DNA of 64,000 bases from a virus (IMGVR_UViG_2891339218_000001:1-64000); one strand, 5' to 3'; counted from the stretch's first letter, positions 1 through 9,126 are shown. Notes: generated by a model from the letters alone, not told the origin. Program-made: numbers and translations.

Positions 1-105
1 GGCGACACCTTCGTCTACGGCGACGTGGATGGCGACGGCAAGGCCGATTTCGCGCTTCGCCTCGACAAGACCATCGATCTCGTCAAGGGCGACTTCATCC
101 TGTGA
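1..105 (+). CDS. 3' end of a host RTX/serralysin-C-terminal-type Ca-binding secreted protein (partial)
   Basis: Frame 1 reads GDTFVYGDVDGDGKADFALRLDKTIDLVKGDFIL*, a T1SS-substrate-like C-terminus matching the end of 37665..38486. Confidence 0.75.
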   Translation, partial: GDTFVYGDVDGDGKADFALRLDKTIDLVKGDFIL

Positions 106-698
106 CAGCCCTCGCCCCTAGCAGAATCGCAAATTTGCGCTGAGCAAATCGTGCCGCAAAAGATATCAATCAGGCGACAGAACTGCCGAACATAGAGTAC
201 AGCGGATCGCTGGTTGGTGCGCTCAAGTCACCTCCAAGACATCTTTGCATCGTTCTGATGCTCGTACCTCATGCTGTCTTTCGGGCAAACGATCCACAAG
301 CTGATTTAGTGGGAGTATTTGACCAGCCTCTCGTTCGGGAGGAGCCTCCGCCCCGTTGGAAGAAAAATGGCGTAGTCACTTGGGCACCGGAAGCTGGAGA
401 GAAGATCCGCTTTGGTGGAGTGAGGTGCAAACGCAAACCGATTTCTGCCATTTTCTGAAGGGACTTGGCAGCGGCGGGACAAATCGGGACGGAAAACCCT
501 GAACGGCCTGATGGTGACCCATATAGCTGAATCACGCCGGTTTAGTGCGGATATCGGACAGGTCGCTAACGCGCTTGGGTAACGAGTTCGGAAGGATGGT
601 TGCGACGACACCCGCCGGGTCGAGCGATGTCTCGCAAAGCAAAACGCGGCAAAACATTATCTTGACGTTTTCTTCTAACCATCTGAAAAGCAAGCCAA

Positions 699-739
699 GC
701 GGGCGTGGCGAAACTGGTAGACGCAAGAGACTTAAAATC
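699..739 (+). tRNA. 5' half only of tRNA-Leu(TAA); probable left att junction of the helper prophage
   Basis: GCGGGCGTGGCGAAACTGGTAGACGCAAGAGACTTAAAATC covers acceptor 5' strand, D arm and anticodon loop. The anticodon stem then fails to close and no T arm follows. TTGACG at 662-667 is a possible -35. Confidence 0.85.
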
Positions 740-987
740 ACACAAGCTTGTTGATTTCATTGCGTATCGCTCGCAAACGGCTGCCTTAACTACCATCAAA
801 ATCAATAGAACAAAATGAGATTTGCAAAACGCTTTTGTCGCGTTTGAGCCATGATGGAACGCAAAAAAAGCCCCTCCATCCCACCAAGGGACAGAGGGGC
901 GTGGCGATGGGGTGGCTGGTACAACCAGCTCTAACGAGGCTCTTGACTCTCCATCCTCTCCGCTTCATTTACCCAGCAGGGGAACGT

Positions 988-1002
988 GAACACATAGAGA
1001 AC
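988..1002 (+). promoter_or_regulatory. Alphaproteobacterial LexA box
   Basis: GAAC-ACATAGA-GAAC (GAAC-N7-GAAC) about 30 bp upstream of the 1035 ORF that leads the cluster ending in the SRAP gene. Confidence 0.65.
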
Positions 1003-1034
1003 GAAGGAATGCGGCCTTCGGATGAGGATGCCGC

Positions 1035-1334
1035 ATGTCTGAGAGCAAGTACCCAAAATCTAACGACACATGGGCGGGCATGATCGCCGACGATATGTGC
1101 TTCACGGTGTACTGCCCACCGTGCGGTCGCTCGGTCGAACTGGACCTGACGACGCTACCGCCAGATGGGCGCGCCATAGGCCGGGTCTTTCGATGCAGTC
1201 AATGTGGCCAGAAGGGGCAATGCATCGTAAGCCCTAGAGGCAACGATAAAAACGTTGCCCGCGGCATCCCGAACACGTTTATCGGCCCCTTCCCTAAGCC
1301 AGTGATCTACCCAAAGCGGCGACGGAGGCGGTGA
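1035..1334 (+). CDS. Small zinc-ribbon protein
   Basis: CPPC and CSQC pairs; GAGG RBS upstream. Confidence 0.6.
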   Translation: MSESKYPKSNDTWAGMIADDMCFTVYCPPCGRSVELDLTTLPPDGRAIGRVFRCSQCGQKGQCIVSPRGNDKNVARGIPNTFIGPFPKPVIYPKRRRRR

Positions 1335-1338
1335 CACC

Positions 1339-1539
1339 ATGTCGAGACTCACCTACACCGCCGACATGGCAGACGAGAGTAAAGCAAAGCAGGCGGCCGG
1401 CAGGATCGTCGAGCACCTGTGCGAACACCCTGGGTGCAAGGTCTGGGGAGGGTTTGGTTACATGCCGTCCAAGGCAGTGCCGCCGCGCTGGTGGTGCTGG
1501 GAGCATTATCCATACCAGCAGCCCGGCTCTACCCGATAG
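1339..1539 (+). CDS. Hypothetical small phage protein
   Basis: ORF directly after 1334 with GGAGG RBS; CEHPGC motif. Confidence 0.45.
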   Translation: MSRLTYTADMADESKAKQAAGRIVEHLCEHPGCKVWGGFGYMPSKAVPPRWWCWEHYPYQQPGSTR

Positions 1540-1594
1540 CGCGACATCTTGCCGGTCGGCGCCGTCGCCCTATCTCCGGGCACTGGAGGCGGCC

Positions 1595-1819
1595 ATGGCA
1601 ATTCGGGGACCAAGCTCTTACGAACGCAACGAGGACAGGTTTTTGCTCTGCGAGCAGGAGCTTGAAGCCGCGTTTCAGGAGTTGATCTGGAAGGCAATTC
1701 AGGCAGGATGGGATGAGGGCGAGGCCTGCGTGGCGATCGCTTCCTTGGCGGACCACCACATCCTGGCGATGCAGTGCAACGAGCAGGTGGCCGCCTCTAT
1801 CCGCAAGATCAAGCTGTAG
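1595..1819 (+). CDS. Hypothetical protein (MAIRGPSS...)
   Basis: GGAGG RBS then ATG at 1595; helical protein resembling small rhizobial hypotheticals. Confidence 0.55.
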   Translation: MAIRGPSSYERNEDRFLLCEQELEAAFQELIWKAIQAGWDEGEACVAIASLADHHILAMQCNEQVAASIRKIKL

Positions 1820-1829
1820 CCGAGGAACT

Positions 1830-2498
1830 ATGTGCGGACGCTTCACGCAAATGCTGCCATGGCGCGAACTGGTTGCGCTTTACCGCCTAACCGACAACAT
1901 CAAATCCCGAAACACCGAGGCGCGCTTCAATGTGGCGCCGACGCAGACCGTGCCGTTCGTGCGCCTGGATGACGCCGGCGAGCAGACCGTCGATGACGGC
2001 CGCTGGTGGTTGGTGCCACACTGGGCCAAGGAGATGCCCAAGGCGGCGATGTTCAATGCCCGCATCGAGACCGTAGACAGTTCGCCGGCATTCCGGGATG
2101 CGTTCAAGGCGCGCCGCTGTCTTATCCCGGCCGACGGGTTCTATGAATGGACGAAGGCAGACGACGGCGGCAAAGACCCGTGGCTGATCCAGATGCCCGG
2201 CGGCGCGCCCTACGCATTCGCTGGCCTCTGGGCGCACAACACGAAGTTGGACGTCACGAGCTGCACGATCATTACAGGGCCGGCGGTGGCGCCCATTAGC
2301 CAGATCCACGACCGGATGCCGATCATTCTCGACCCGAGCGTTTTTGATGCCTGGCTCAATCCGGCAACGCCCGTTGGAAACCTCAAGGGCATCCTCGGTC
2401 ATCACCTTGACGGCCAGATGCAGTTCCACCGCGTCAGCAGGGATATCAATAGCTCGAAGTTCACCGAGCGGCCGGCGCCGATCATCAACTCGCTCTGA
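1830..2498 (+). CDS. yedK: SOS response-associated peptidase (SRAP/YedK family, abasic-site protection)
   Basis: N-terminal MCGRF plus NARIET, ADGFYEW and IHDRMP motifs. Confidence 0.92.
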   Translation: MCGRFTQMLPWRELVALYRLTDNIKSRNTEARFNVAPTQTVPFVRLDDAGEQTVDDGRWWLVPHWAKEMPKAAMFNARIETVDSSPAFRDAFKARRCLIPADGFYEWTKADDGGKDPWLIQMPGGAPYAFAGLWAHNTKLDVTSCTIITGPAVAPISQIHDRMPIILDPSVFDAWLNPATPVGNLKGILGHHLDGQMQFHRVSRDINSSKFTERPAPIINSL

Positions 2499-2523
2499 GG
2501 AACAAATCGCTGGGACGATCGTT
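2499..2523 (+). promoter_or_regulatory. Candidate EcfG/RpoE2 (general stress sigma) promoter
   Basis: GGAAC-N16-CGTT upstream of the DUF982-like gene. Confidence 0.5.
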
Positions 2524-2597
2524 CCTCACCCGCCACTTTCTAGGTTCAGCCTTTGCCCCGCCTCGTGCGGGGCTCTTTGTTTCGCGTGAGGTCTGCG

Positions 2598-2846
2598 ATG
2601 GATAACGGAATGTGGGGAGAGCCGATTACGTTCGAGACTGCCACTCTCGGGAAATACTGGACCGTGACCAGCACCGCTGAGGCAGCAAGAGCATTGATGG
2701 AGAGGTGGCCGGTCACGGCCGGGCCAGCCTACGAGGCGGCGCTACGAACATGCTTGGCTGTCATGGAAGGGAAGGTCAGGCCCGCCGAGGCGCGGCAGGC
2801 CTTCTTGAATGCGGCCGAAGAGGCGGATGTGTTTATCCGGCCCTAA
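2598..2846 (+). CDS. DUF982-family protein
   Basis: W..PI...STAEAARALMERWP...ARQAFLNAAEEA pattern. Confidence 0.75.
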   Translation: MDNGMWGEPITFETATLGKYWTVTSTAEAARALMERWPVTAGPAYEAALRTCLAVMEGKVRPAEARQAFLNAAEEADVFIRP

Positions 2847-2924
2847 TCTTCCGTGGCTGGTTAGCATTCTGCAACCTTTGGTGTAAATTGCAACGCAGGT
2901 CCTACATTTTGATGGGAGTTGCAG

Positions 2925-3512
2925 ATGCAAACGTTCGCCAACGACGCTCGGAGCATGTTCCTTATAGCCAGGCAATATTACGTCGCCAATTGCTACTTAC
3001 AGACACTTAGTCGCAGAGCATTTTCGCCCGAAGTGGTCACTTCAGCATTTGCGCTAGAGCTTATGCTTAAGTGCATCTTGAAGATCGAGGACAGGAAAAT
3101 ACCTCGCGAACACGAGTTCGACAGCCTCTTCTCACGTCTAAGCGACGAGGCTAAACGAATATTACAGAAGAAGTGGGACGACTCATATGACATTGAGGGA
3201 GCAAGGGCACTGGCCGCCGTGACTGGCCAGACGTCATCGTTAACACTATACGACGCACTCAAAAACTCCCGTCACGCCTTCAAGCAATGGCGATATCTTT
3301 TCGAAACGGGAGGTGTGGCTAGATTCGATCTAAGCGTCCTGCTTAAAGCCGCGAATGACTATATTCTGGAACGTAAACCGGAGTGGGCTAATGATTTTCC
3401 CGATCCGGATCTCGAGGCTAAGAACCTTCGGATATACATGCAAGGCCTAGCGGATGGATTGTCGCAGGCTGGTGCGACCCCTTCGCCAGGCTCGACAGAA
3501 CGCGGCAGCTAA
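2925..3512 (+). CDS. HEPN-like domain protein (accessory)
   Basis: AFALELMLKC...HEFDSLF...WRY pattern; visibly AT-richer than its flanks. Confidence 0.55.
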   Translation: MQTFANDARSMFLIARQYYVANCYLQTLSRRAFSPEVVTSAFALELMLKCILKIEDRKIPREHEFDSLFSRLSDEAKRILQKKWDDSYDIEGARALAAVTGQTSSLTLYDALKNSRHAFKQWRYLFETGGVARFDLSVLLKAANDYILERKPEWANDFPDPDLEAKNLRIYMQGLADGLSQAGATPSPGSTERGS

Positions 3513-3589
3513 TAGGCCGGCCCCTCGAAAGCGCAGTTGCTCCTAGGGCTGCTACCGACATCAGACTGAGAGGGAGGGAGAGGTCCATG

Positions 3590-4081
3590 TCAGCCTACCG
3601 TCGAAATAGATGCGCCGATGAGAATGCCGGCGATCAGCGAGCCGATCGCGACCGCCATGACGATCGACCAGACCGCCCGACTGCCGATCCTCTCATCGGT
3701 CACACCCGGCGCCGACAGGAATAGAAGCCCGGCGATCATGTACGAATACGGCCAGAACCCCGATATCGGCGCCTGCGACCATGCTTCAGGACGGCCCATC
3801 CAGTTGAAGGTGATGACGTAGATCCGCTGCGCCAGCACCACGAACCACACGAGGAAGATGGCCAGAATAAGCTGCCACTCCCCGCTGTCGGCGCCCTCCC
3901 TGAGTGCTCGAACCGCAGACGGCCACCACGTAAAAGTGATGATGATCGCGGTTCCGAAGGCAAGAGAATTGAAGACGTCGCGAAGTATCAGGCTCGGTAC
4001 GAACAGAGCCGCAATCCAGTAAGCCAGGAACGCAAGGACGGCGAAGACGACGGCACGGTTGGGCGTGATGGTCCGGATCAT
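3590..4081 (-). CDS. Multi-pass membrane protein at the end of the lysis cluster
   Basis: About 5 hydrophobic helices; start overlaps the upstream stop. Confidence 0.7.
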   Translation of the reverse strand: MIRTITPNRAVVFAVLAFLAYWIAALFVPSLILRDVFNSLAFGTAIIITFTWWPSAVRALREGADSGEWQLILAIFLVWFVVLAQRIYVITFNWMGRPEAWSQAPISGFWPYSYMIAGLLFLSAPGVTDERIGSRAVWSIVMAVAIGSLIAGILIGASISTVG

Positions 4082-4296
4082 GCTTGATCTCCAGAAATTA
4101 TGCTGAGTACATTTTCCGCCAGTTGCCGGCGGATAGCCCAGGAAGTGCGGTTCGCCACCATCGTCACTTCAGCAGCTCGGGTTCGGTGGTGTTTGATGAT
4201 CGCCTCTGCGTTCGCGTCGCGCGCAGCCGGTGCCACGGTCAGGTGCGTTACGGGTCGAGTTTCTCCGCCGAAGAATCGGCTCAACAACCTTTTCAT
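4078..4296 (-). CDS. Small lysis-cluster hypothetical protein
   Basis: ATGA overlaps with neighbours on both sides. Confidence 0.6.
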   Translation of the reverse strand: MKRLLSRFFGGETRPVTHLTVAPAARDANAEAIIKHHRTRAAEVTMVANRTSWAIRRQLAENVLSIISGDQA

Positions 4297-4574
4297 GCCG
4301 TCCCCTTTCCGCGGAGCGCCGCCAGGAGTGCATCGTTCTGGTTCTTGTAATCGGTGGCGAAGGTGTAGCCGAGCTTCGCTTCAGCGACGCGCTCGTCATA
4401 GATTTCCTTGATCACGGCGTCCTTCGCAGCCAACTCCACCTTGTGTGCCTGCCGTTCGCTTTCCAGCTTGTTCCAGAGCTTGCCGCAGACATACATCAGC
4501 AGGAGGCACGTCGCCCCGATAAGGCCATTGGACAGATAGGGTGATGTGATGTCCTTGATGAGGTCTGGCTGCAT
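4293..4574 (-). CDS. Single-TM coiled-coil lysis-cluster protein (holin/antiholin-like)
   Basis: One TM segment then coiled coil; position after the endolysin. Confidence 0.6.
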   Translation of the reverse strand: MQPDLIKDITSPYLSNGLIGATCLLLMYVCGKLWNKLESERQAHKVELAAKDAVIKEIYDERVAEAKLGYTFATDYKNQNDALLAALRGKGTA

Positions 4575-4584
4575 GACACCGCCG

Positions 4585-4947
4585 CTATTTCGGCATCACA
4601 ACGATATCCGGCGCAGCGCCAGGTGTCGGGATGTGTACCGCCACGTTCGGCGGGATTTTCTTGTCGACTTGCTGCGCCACTTCAGCCGCCTTGTCCGAGC
4701 TGGAGAACTTGAGCGTTCGCAGGATGGAGGTGACCGCCGCCACGAGCACGCCGAAAGCCATCACCAGTGCCGGCGCCTGGCCGGAGAGGATTTCGATCTG
4801 CTGCCGGATGGCAGCAACCTGTTCCTCGGTGAGCAGCCCCAGGGCGCCGACGATCGAGAGGATGGCGCCGAGCGCCACGAACATATCGCGGATGACAGTC
4901 CCGATCGGGCGGGCCGTCGTCAGCGGGGAGAGAAGCTTTTCGAACAT
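4585..4947 (-). CDS. Putative holin
   Basis: Two TM segments; immediately downstream of the endolysin. Confidence 0.65.
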   Translation of the reverse strand: MFEKLLSPLTTARPIGTVIRDMFVALGAILSIVGALGLLTEEQVAAIRQQIEILSGQAPALVMAFGVLVAAVTSILRTLKFSSSDKAAEVAQQVDKKIPPNVAVHIPTPGAAPDIVVMPK

Positions 4948-4958
4948 GGGAGATCCTT

Positions 4959-5720
4959 TCAGGAGAGAAACTGTTTGCGCTCGGCCTGGCGGCGCGTGGT
5001 GAGGCCTTTGAGCGTCTTGCCGCCCGCCTTATTCCAGACGAGGAACTGATCGGCCGCACCGGCGCGGTCACCGGCATTGAGCTTTTTGACGAGGGTGGAT
5101 TTCGAGAACGCGCCGACGCCAATGTTGAAGGCGAGCGATACGAGCGCGTCGAACTCGTTCTGGTTCAACGGCACCTTGACGGCCGCGCGAACGCCAGCTT
5201 CGAAGGTCTTGAGGTCGCGCGACAGGATCTCGTCGCTTTCCGCAGCCGTGATCTTCAGGCCTTTGGCAACACTCGGAAGGCCAGCGGCGCTGGTGTGGCC
5301 AACTCCGATCGTCCAGATACCGATGCTGTCCTGGTAGGCCGTCAGGACGTTGCCTTCGCGCTGGGTTAGGGCCTTCCGGCCGGATGGGCTTGTCGTAAGT
5401 CCGGACTGTGCTGGCGCTTCGACGATGGACGGGAAATCCGCCCATGACGCGCCGTCCCACTGCTTGGTCCGATTTCCTCTGGACGGCGCAATCCACAAGT
5501 CACCGACGCGAAGCGGAAGTTCGGGTGTATCGAGCGGTTGCGCATCCTGTCGGAAAACATTGCTCCCTTTCTTTTCGGCAGAGAGAAGGCGCTCAAGGTC
5601 TTCAAGCGCCGACAATATGCCGCCGATCGTTCCGGGGCCGTAGTCACCGTCGGCGCCTTTCGGGCCGACATAGTAGCCGAGCGCAATCAAGCGCTCCTGC
5701 ACCTGCAGGGTCGTGGTCAT
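4959..5720 (-). CDS. Modular endolysin: PG-binding N-terminus, tail-fibre-like insert, GH24 lysozyme
   Basis: VQERLIALGY...ADGDYGPGT; catalytic E-x8-D-x5-T in REGNVLTAYQDSIGIWT; GLTTRRQAE. Confidence 0.92.
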   Translation of the reverse strand: MTTTLQVQERLIALGYYVGPKGADGDYGPGTIGGILSALEDLERLLSAEKKGSNVFRQDAQPLDTPELPLRVGDLWIAPSRGNRTKQWDGASWADFPSIVEAPAQSGLTTSPSGRKALTQREGNVLTAYQDSIGIWTIGVGHTSAAGLPSVAKGLKITAAESDEILSRDLKTFEAGVRAAVKVPLNQNEFDALVSLAFNIGVGAFSKSTLVKKLNAGDRAGAADQFLVWNKAGGKTLKGLTTRRQAERKQFLS

Positions 5721-5804
5721 GGGGGTTCCTTTGGTTGAGACTCGACACCCGATCGAGCGGGTGGTTCTATCGACATTGCAAAGAGACAGAGGCTACGCGC
5801 GAGC

Positions 5805-6512
5805 ATGATCACGATCCCTGCGCCCCAAAAGACAGGCGCCCCGACCGAGCATTTCAACGTAGCGTTTGGGCCAGATGTCTTACTTGATCATCCAGCATTC
5901 GCATCAAGCATCGGTCTGACCATTGCCTACATTGCGGAGGCGGAGCGACAACTCTCAACCATCCTCAAGAGCCTGGTCGGAGGAGATACTCGGGTTATCA
6001 CCGCACTCCTAGCGTCCTTCAGGGGGCATAAGCAGCTTCTTGGTGCGGTTGAAACCGCGCTTCGAACCGCTGATCGCACCTTGGATCTTGATACGTTTGC
6101 GGCGATTAGGCGGCCGATCGAAGATACGTGGGAAATCCGCGATAGCTTCGGTCATGGAATATGGGCAAGGAGCAGCGACCATCCCGGGGCCGCGTTGAGA
6201 ATATCGGCCCGTCAGGTTGGCGGCATCGAGGAAAAAGCAAAGTGGCTGATAGTCGAGGGCCGGTTCACCGAAGCCTTTGAGATCTATGCTAACGTCGGCG
6301 CAGAGATTTGGACCCCGGCAGATTTTTCAGGTGCCGCGACAGCAGCGCGAGGCGTGGTGAATTCCCTCACGGCCTTTTCGGCATGTATTGCGCAATCTCC
6401 GGAGGAAGCCGATCCGCTACATAGAGCTCTGCGTAGTCAGGGTCTACTGAGTGACCCTCCCTGGAAGCTTCAGAGTCCCACTCAGCCTCCAGAAAACGAC
6501 GGTACGCGTTGA
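5805..6512 (+). CDS. Moron, putative HEPN-superfamily protein
   Basis: Opposite strand to the late operon; helical, with R-x4-H motif (RDSFGH). Confidence 0.5.
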   Translation: MITIPAPQKTGAPTEHFNVAFGPDVLLDHPAFASSIGLTIAYIAEAERQLSTILKSLVGGDTRVITALLASFRGHKQLLGAVETALRTADRTLDLDTFAAIRRPIEDTWEIRDSFGHGIWARSSDHPGAALRISARQVGGIEEKAKWLIVEGRFTEAFEIYANVGAEIWTPADFSGAATAARGVVNSLTAFSACIAQSPEEADPLHRALRSQGLLSDPPWKLQSPTQPPENDGTR

Positions 6513-6632
6513 ATATCGCCTCAGCGACCGACCTGACCACAGGCTCGGCCTCTCGAGGGATAAGTATCGTGGGTCCAACGTCGGTCATGTTTTCACTCCA
6601 CAGGCCGGTTCGAGTTGAGGCGATGCCGGCGA

Positions 6633-7064
6633 TTAGCGTTTTTCGAGCCAAGCGCTCATGTCGATCTTATTGAGGTGATCCCTGATCGATGCGACTTCTG
6701 CAATCAAGGTCCGCGCCTGCGATCCATCCGCTGCCGACGCCGACTGGGCCGCCGCCACGCCAGCAAGGTCGGACTGAATTTTGTCGACGCGATCGTGCAG
6801 CCGCGTGACAGCATCGGCGATCGTGGACAGGCTTCCGCCCGTATCGGCAAATCGGCGCGCGACAGAGAGATCTTCGCGCATGCGGGCCATGTCGGCGGCA
6901 TATTCGCCGACAACATCGATGATGCTCCTCGGCGCACCCTGACCGAGAAGGAAGGCCTTGAAGACGATGCGCTCGATCTGTTCGCGCACGTCACACCAGT
7001 CGTCGGAGTTCTCGATGGCGCCGACTTGATCATTGGCCCAATCGGTGAATTCATTCGTGTCCAT
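6633..7064 (-). CDS. Hypothetical coiled-coil protein (MDTNEFTDW...)
   Basis: GGAGG RBS; follows the 7066 stop. Confidence 0.55.
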   Translation of the reverse strand: MDTNEFTDWANDQVGAIENSDDWCDVREQIERIVFKAFLLGQGAPRSIIDVVGEYAADMARMREDLSVARRFADTGGSLSTIADAVTRLHDRVDKIQSDLAGVAAAQSASAADGSQARTLIAEVASIRDHLNKIDMSAWLEKR

Positions 7065-7065
7065 T

Positions 7066-7401
7066 TTAACCCTCCGGCCAGATAAAGTTCGGCAACTCGC
7101 CAAGAAACGCATCGATCGGCGGTATGCCGCGCTCGCCGGCAACGGCCTTGGCAAGTTCCGCCGTGGCAAACGTCCAGACCGCCGATCGCCATGTAAACAG
7201 CGCTTCGGCTTCCGCGGCAAACTGCGGATTGGCATCGCCCCGGTACGAGATTGCCGAGAGGACGGAATCATACCCTCGTTCCCGCGCCTTCGCGTCGACG
7301 AACTCCTGCACCGCCGTGCCATAGGTCGATACGAGCCCGGCCCGACGCGCCTCTTCCTGCTGCTCGGCCGAAACCGCTTTTGAGAAATCGATCCGGGTCA
7401 A
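7066..7401 (-). CDS. Tail-fibre assembly-type protein
   Basis: ARERGYDS..SAISY...EAEAL..WRSAVW...ELP..WP pattern. Confidence 0.65.
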   Translation of the reverse strand: MTRIDFSKAVSAEQQEEARRAGLVSTYGTAVQEFVDAKARERGYDSVLSAISYRGDANPQFAAEAEALFTWRSAVWTFATAELAKAVAGERGIPPIDAFLGELPNFIWPEG

Positions 7402-7724
7402 GGTGCGGCCTCCTGCGACAACGAGGGCATGGGGATGGACATCAACACGCCGTCATCAGGGTTGATCAGCGGCGCCGGGTTCGCCTGTTCCGGCGTCGGC
7501 TTCGCCGGCATCGGAACAAGGATGCACAGTTCCAGCGCCCCGTCGACCCGCCGGACAGGGCCAGCGATGAACGCACTGTCGATCGCTTCAGGTTCCAGCA
7601 TCGCCCCGTCGGCGAGTGGGCCGAAGTCCAGCGCGATGCCGTTGATCGTGATGACGTCTCCGACCTTCGAAAGCTCGAATGCCGCGTCTTCCAGCGGACG
7701 GAAGGGAGAGAGAATGATCTTCAT
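7398..7724 (-). CDS. Tail-fibre-associated protein (MKIILSPF...)
   Basis: Translationally coupled to the fibre gene; GDVITING..LDFGPL motif. Confidence 0.6.
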   Translation of the reverse strand: MKIILSPFRPLEDAAFELSKVGDVITINGIALDFGPLADGAMLEPEAIDSAFIAGPVRRVDGALELCILVPMPAKPTPEQANPAPLINPDDGVLMSIPMPSLSQEAAP

Positions 7725-8584
7725 CAGAACCACCTGCCAACCCATACGGCATCGACGACATAGGTCGTCGCGCTGCTCGTCGCCGGTCGGTAGAGGATGA
7801 CACCACCGCCATCCGTCGAGGTCTGCGGCGAGCTGCTGGAGCCAAGCCAGCACTGGGCGCCGCCCGGTTCCCGCGAAAAGGCCATGCGCCGCGGTGGCGA
7901 GACGAAGGCGGCGGCCATGGTGCCAAGCGCGATGTTGCCCGAAACAAACACGCTGCCGACCGCGGTGCTGATCGGCCCGAGACCGGTCACGGTCTTGAAG
8001 CACATCTGCGTGCCGTCAGCCCAGCGGATATATTCCCCGTTGGCGTTCGACCCGTATTCCACGATCGCACCCGTCGGGACGCCGCTCGCCTGCGCCACCG
8101 TACCGACGATATCCTGCATCACGCCGGTATTGGCGCCGGTCGACCGGAAGAATTTCCCGGCGCCACCGGAGAGCGCGGTGAAGGCGCGGGCATGCGCCGT
8201 GAAGTCAGCCAGCGCCATCGTGCCGGCGCCGGTGAAGTAGGCGATCTTGTTGGCCGCCGAGGCGAGCAGCGAGAAGGCATAGAGGATGCCGTTGGTGATA
8301 CTGGACAAGACGGCATTCATGGCCGTCAGCCCGCGCGTCATGTCGCCGACGAAACGGATGCGATAGCTGTCCGATGCCCGCGTTGCACCCGGCCATGCCT
8401 CGGCGAGCGTAATGCTGGTGTTGCTGTTCACCGACAGGATTTCGGCTTGCAATCCGCCGGCAACGAAGATGTCGCCGGCTTGCGCGCCGCTGGTCAGCCA
8501 GGACGTGCCGCCAACGCCGACGACGGCGGTGCTGCCGTTGGCGATCGAGGCTGTGCCGGTATTGTAGCTGGAAGGGAGCGCCAT
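7724..8584 (-). CDS. Tail fibre / receptor-binding protein
   Basis: YNTGTASIANGSTAV N-terminus; IVGTVAQASGVPTGAIVEYGSNANGEYIRWADGTQMC fibre motif. Confidence 0.8.
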   Translation of the reverse strand: MALPSSYNTGTASIANGSTAVVGVGGTSWLTSGAQAGDIFVAGGLQAEILSVNSNTSITLAEAWPGATRASDSYRIRFVGDMTRGLTAMNAVLSSITNGILYAFSLLASAANKIAYFTGAGTMALADFTAHARAFTALSGGAGKFFRSTGANTGVMQDIVGTVAQASGVPTGAIVEYGSNANGEYIRWADGTQMCFKTVTGLGPISTAVGSVFVSGNIALGTMAAAFVSPPRRMAFSREPGGAQCWLGSSSSPQTSTDGGGVILYRPATSSATTYVVDAVWVGRWF

Positions 8585-8587
8585 GGA

Positions 8588-8836
8588 TCAGCCCTCCGCT
8601 TCCGGCTTTTTCGGGCGCGGCCGGCGCTTCTTCTGGTCCGTCGCCAGCTTGATGACCTTCGCTTCCAGATCGGAGACGCGCGCCAGCAGGCCATCGCGTT
8701 CCTGACCAAGCGCTGAGAGCAAAGTGCCCTGCTCGCGCGCCAAATGCGCCAGTTTCAGATTGCGATCCTTCAGGAAGTCGATAAGGGCCGCGTCCTCCTG
8801 CAGGGCTACCGCAGGATGAATATTGATGGTGGTCAT
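8588..8836 (-). CDS. Small coiled-coil tail-region protein (MTTINIHP...)
   Basis: GAGG RBS; position in the tail operon. Confidence 0.55.
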   Translation of the reverse strand: MTTINIHPAVALQEDAALIDFLKDRNLKLAHLAREQGTLLSALGQERDGLLARVSDLEAKVIKLATDQKKRRPRPKKPEAEG

Positions 8837-8871
8837 GGGATTTCCCTCGTTCTGCTTGGGAGGAAGGCCCG

Positions 8872-9126
8872 CTATCGCGCGCCGGAAACGATGATTGTGA
8901 CCTTGCCGGTGACGAGTTCGGTCGAGACGTCTCCGGTTTCCGGGTCTTCGATCAGCTGGCCGCGCGCATCGGCGACCTGGCGCTTGATCTCGCCCGTCTT
9001 GTCGTCGGCCATCAGGCAATGCATCTGCACCACGCCGTCGAGCAGGACGGTCACCCGTTGGCCGGCATCGACGGTTCGTTGCCACGCGGCATGGCCGCGC
9101 GTGCGCTTTTCGACAGAGATTCGCAT
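8872..9126 (-). CDS. Hypothetical tail-region protein (MRISVEK...)
   Basis: AAGGA RBS after the 9137 stop. Confidence 0.5.
   Translation of the reverse strand: MRISVEKRTRGHAAWQRTVDAGQRVTVLLDGVVQMHCLMADDKTGEIKRQVADARGQLIEDPETGDVSTELVTGKVTIIVSGAR

Noticed and set aside
106-660. Short ORFs left of the tRNA fragment
   Set aside because: No recognisable motifs or RBS; treated as host intergenic DNA.
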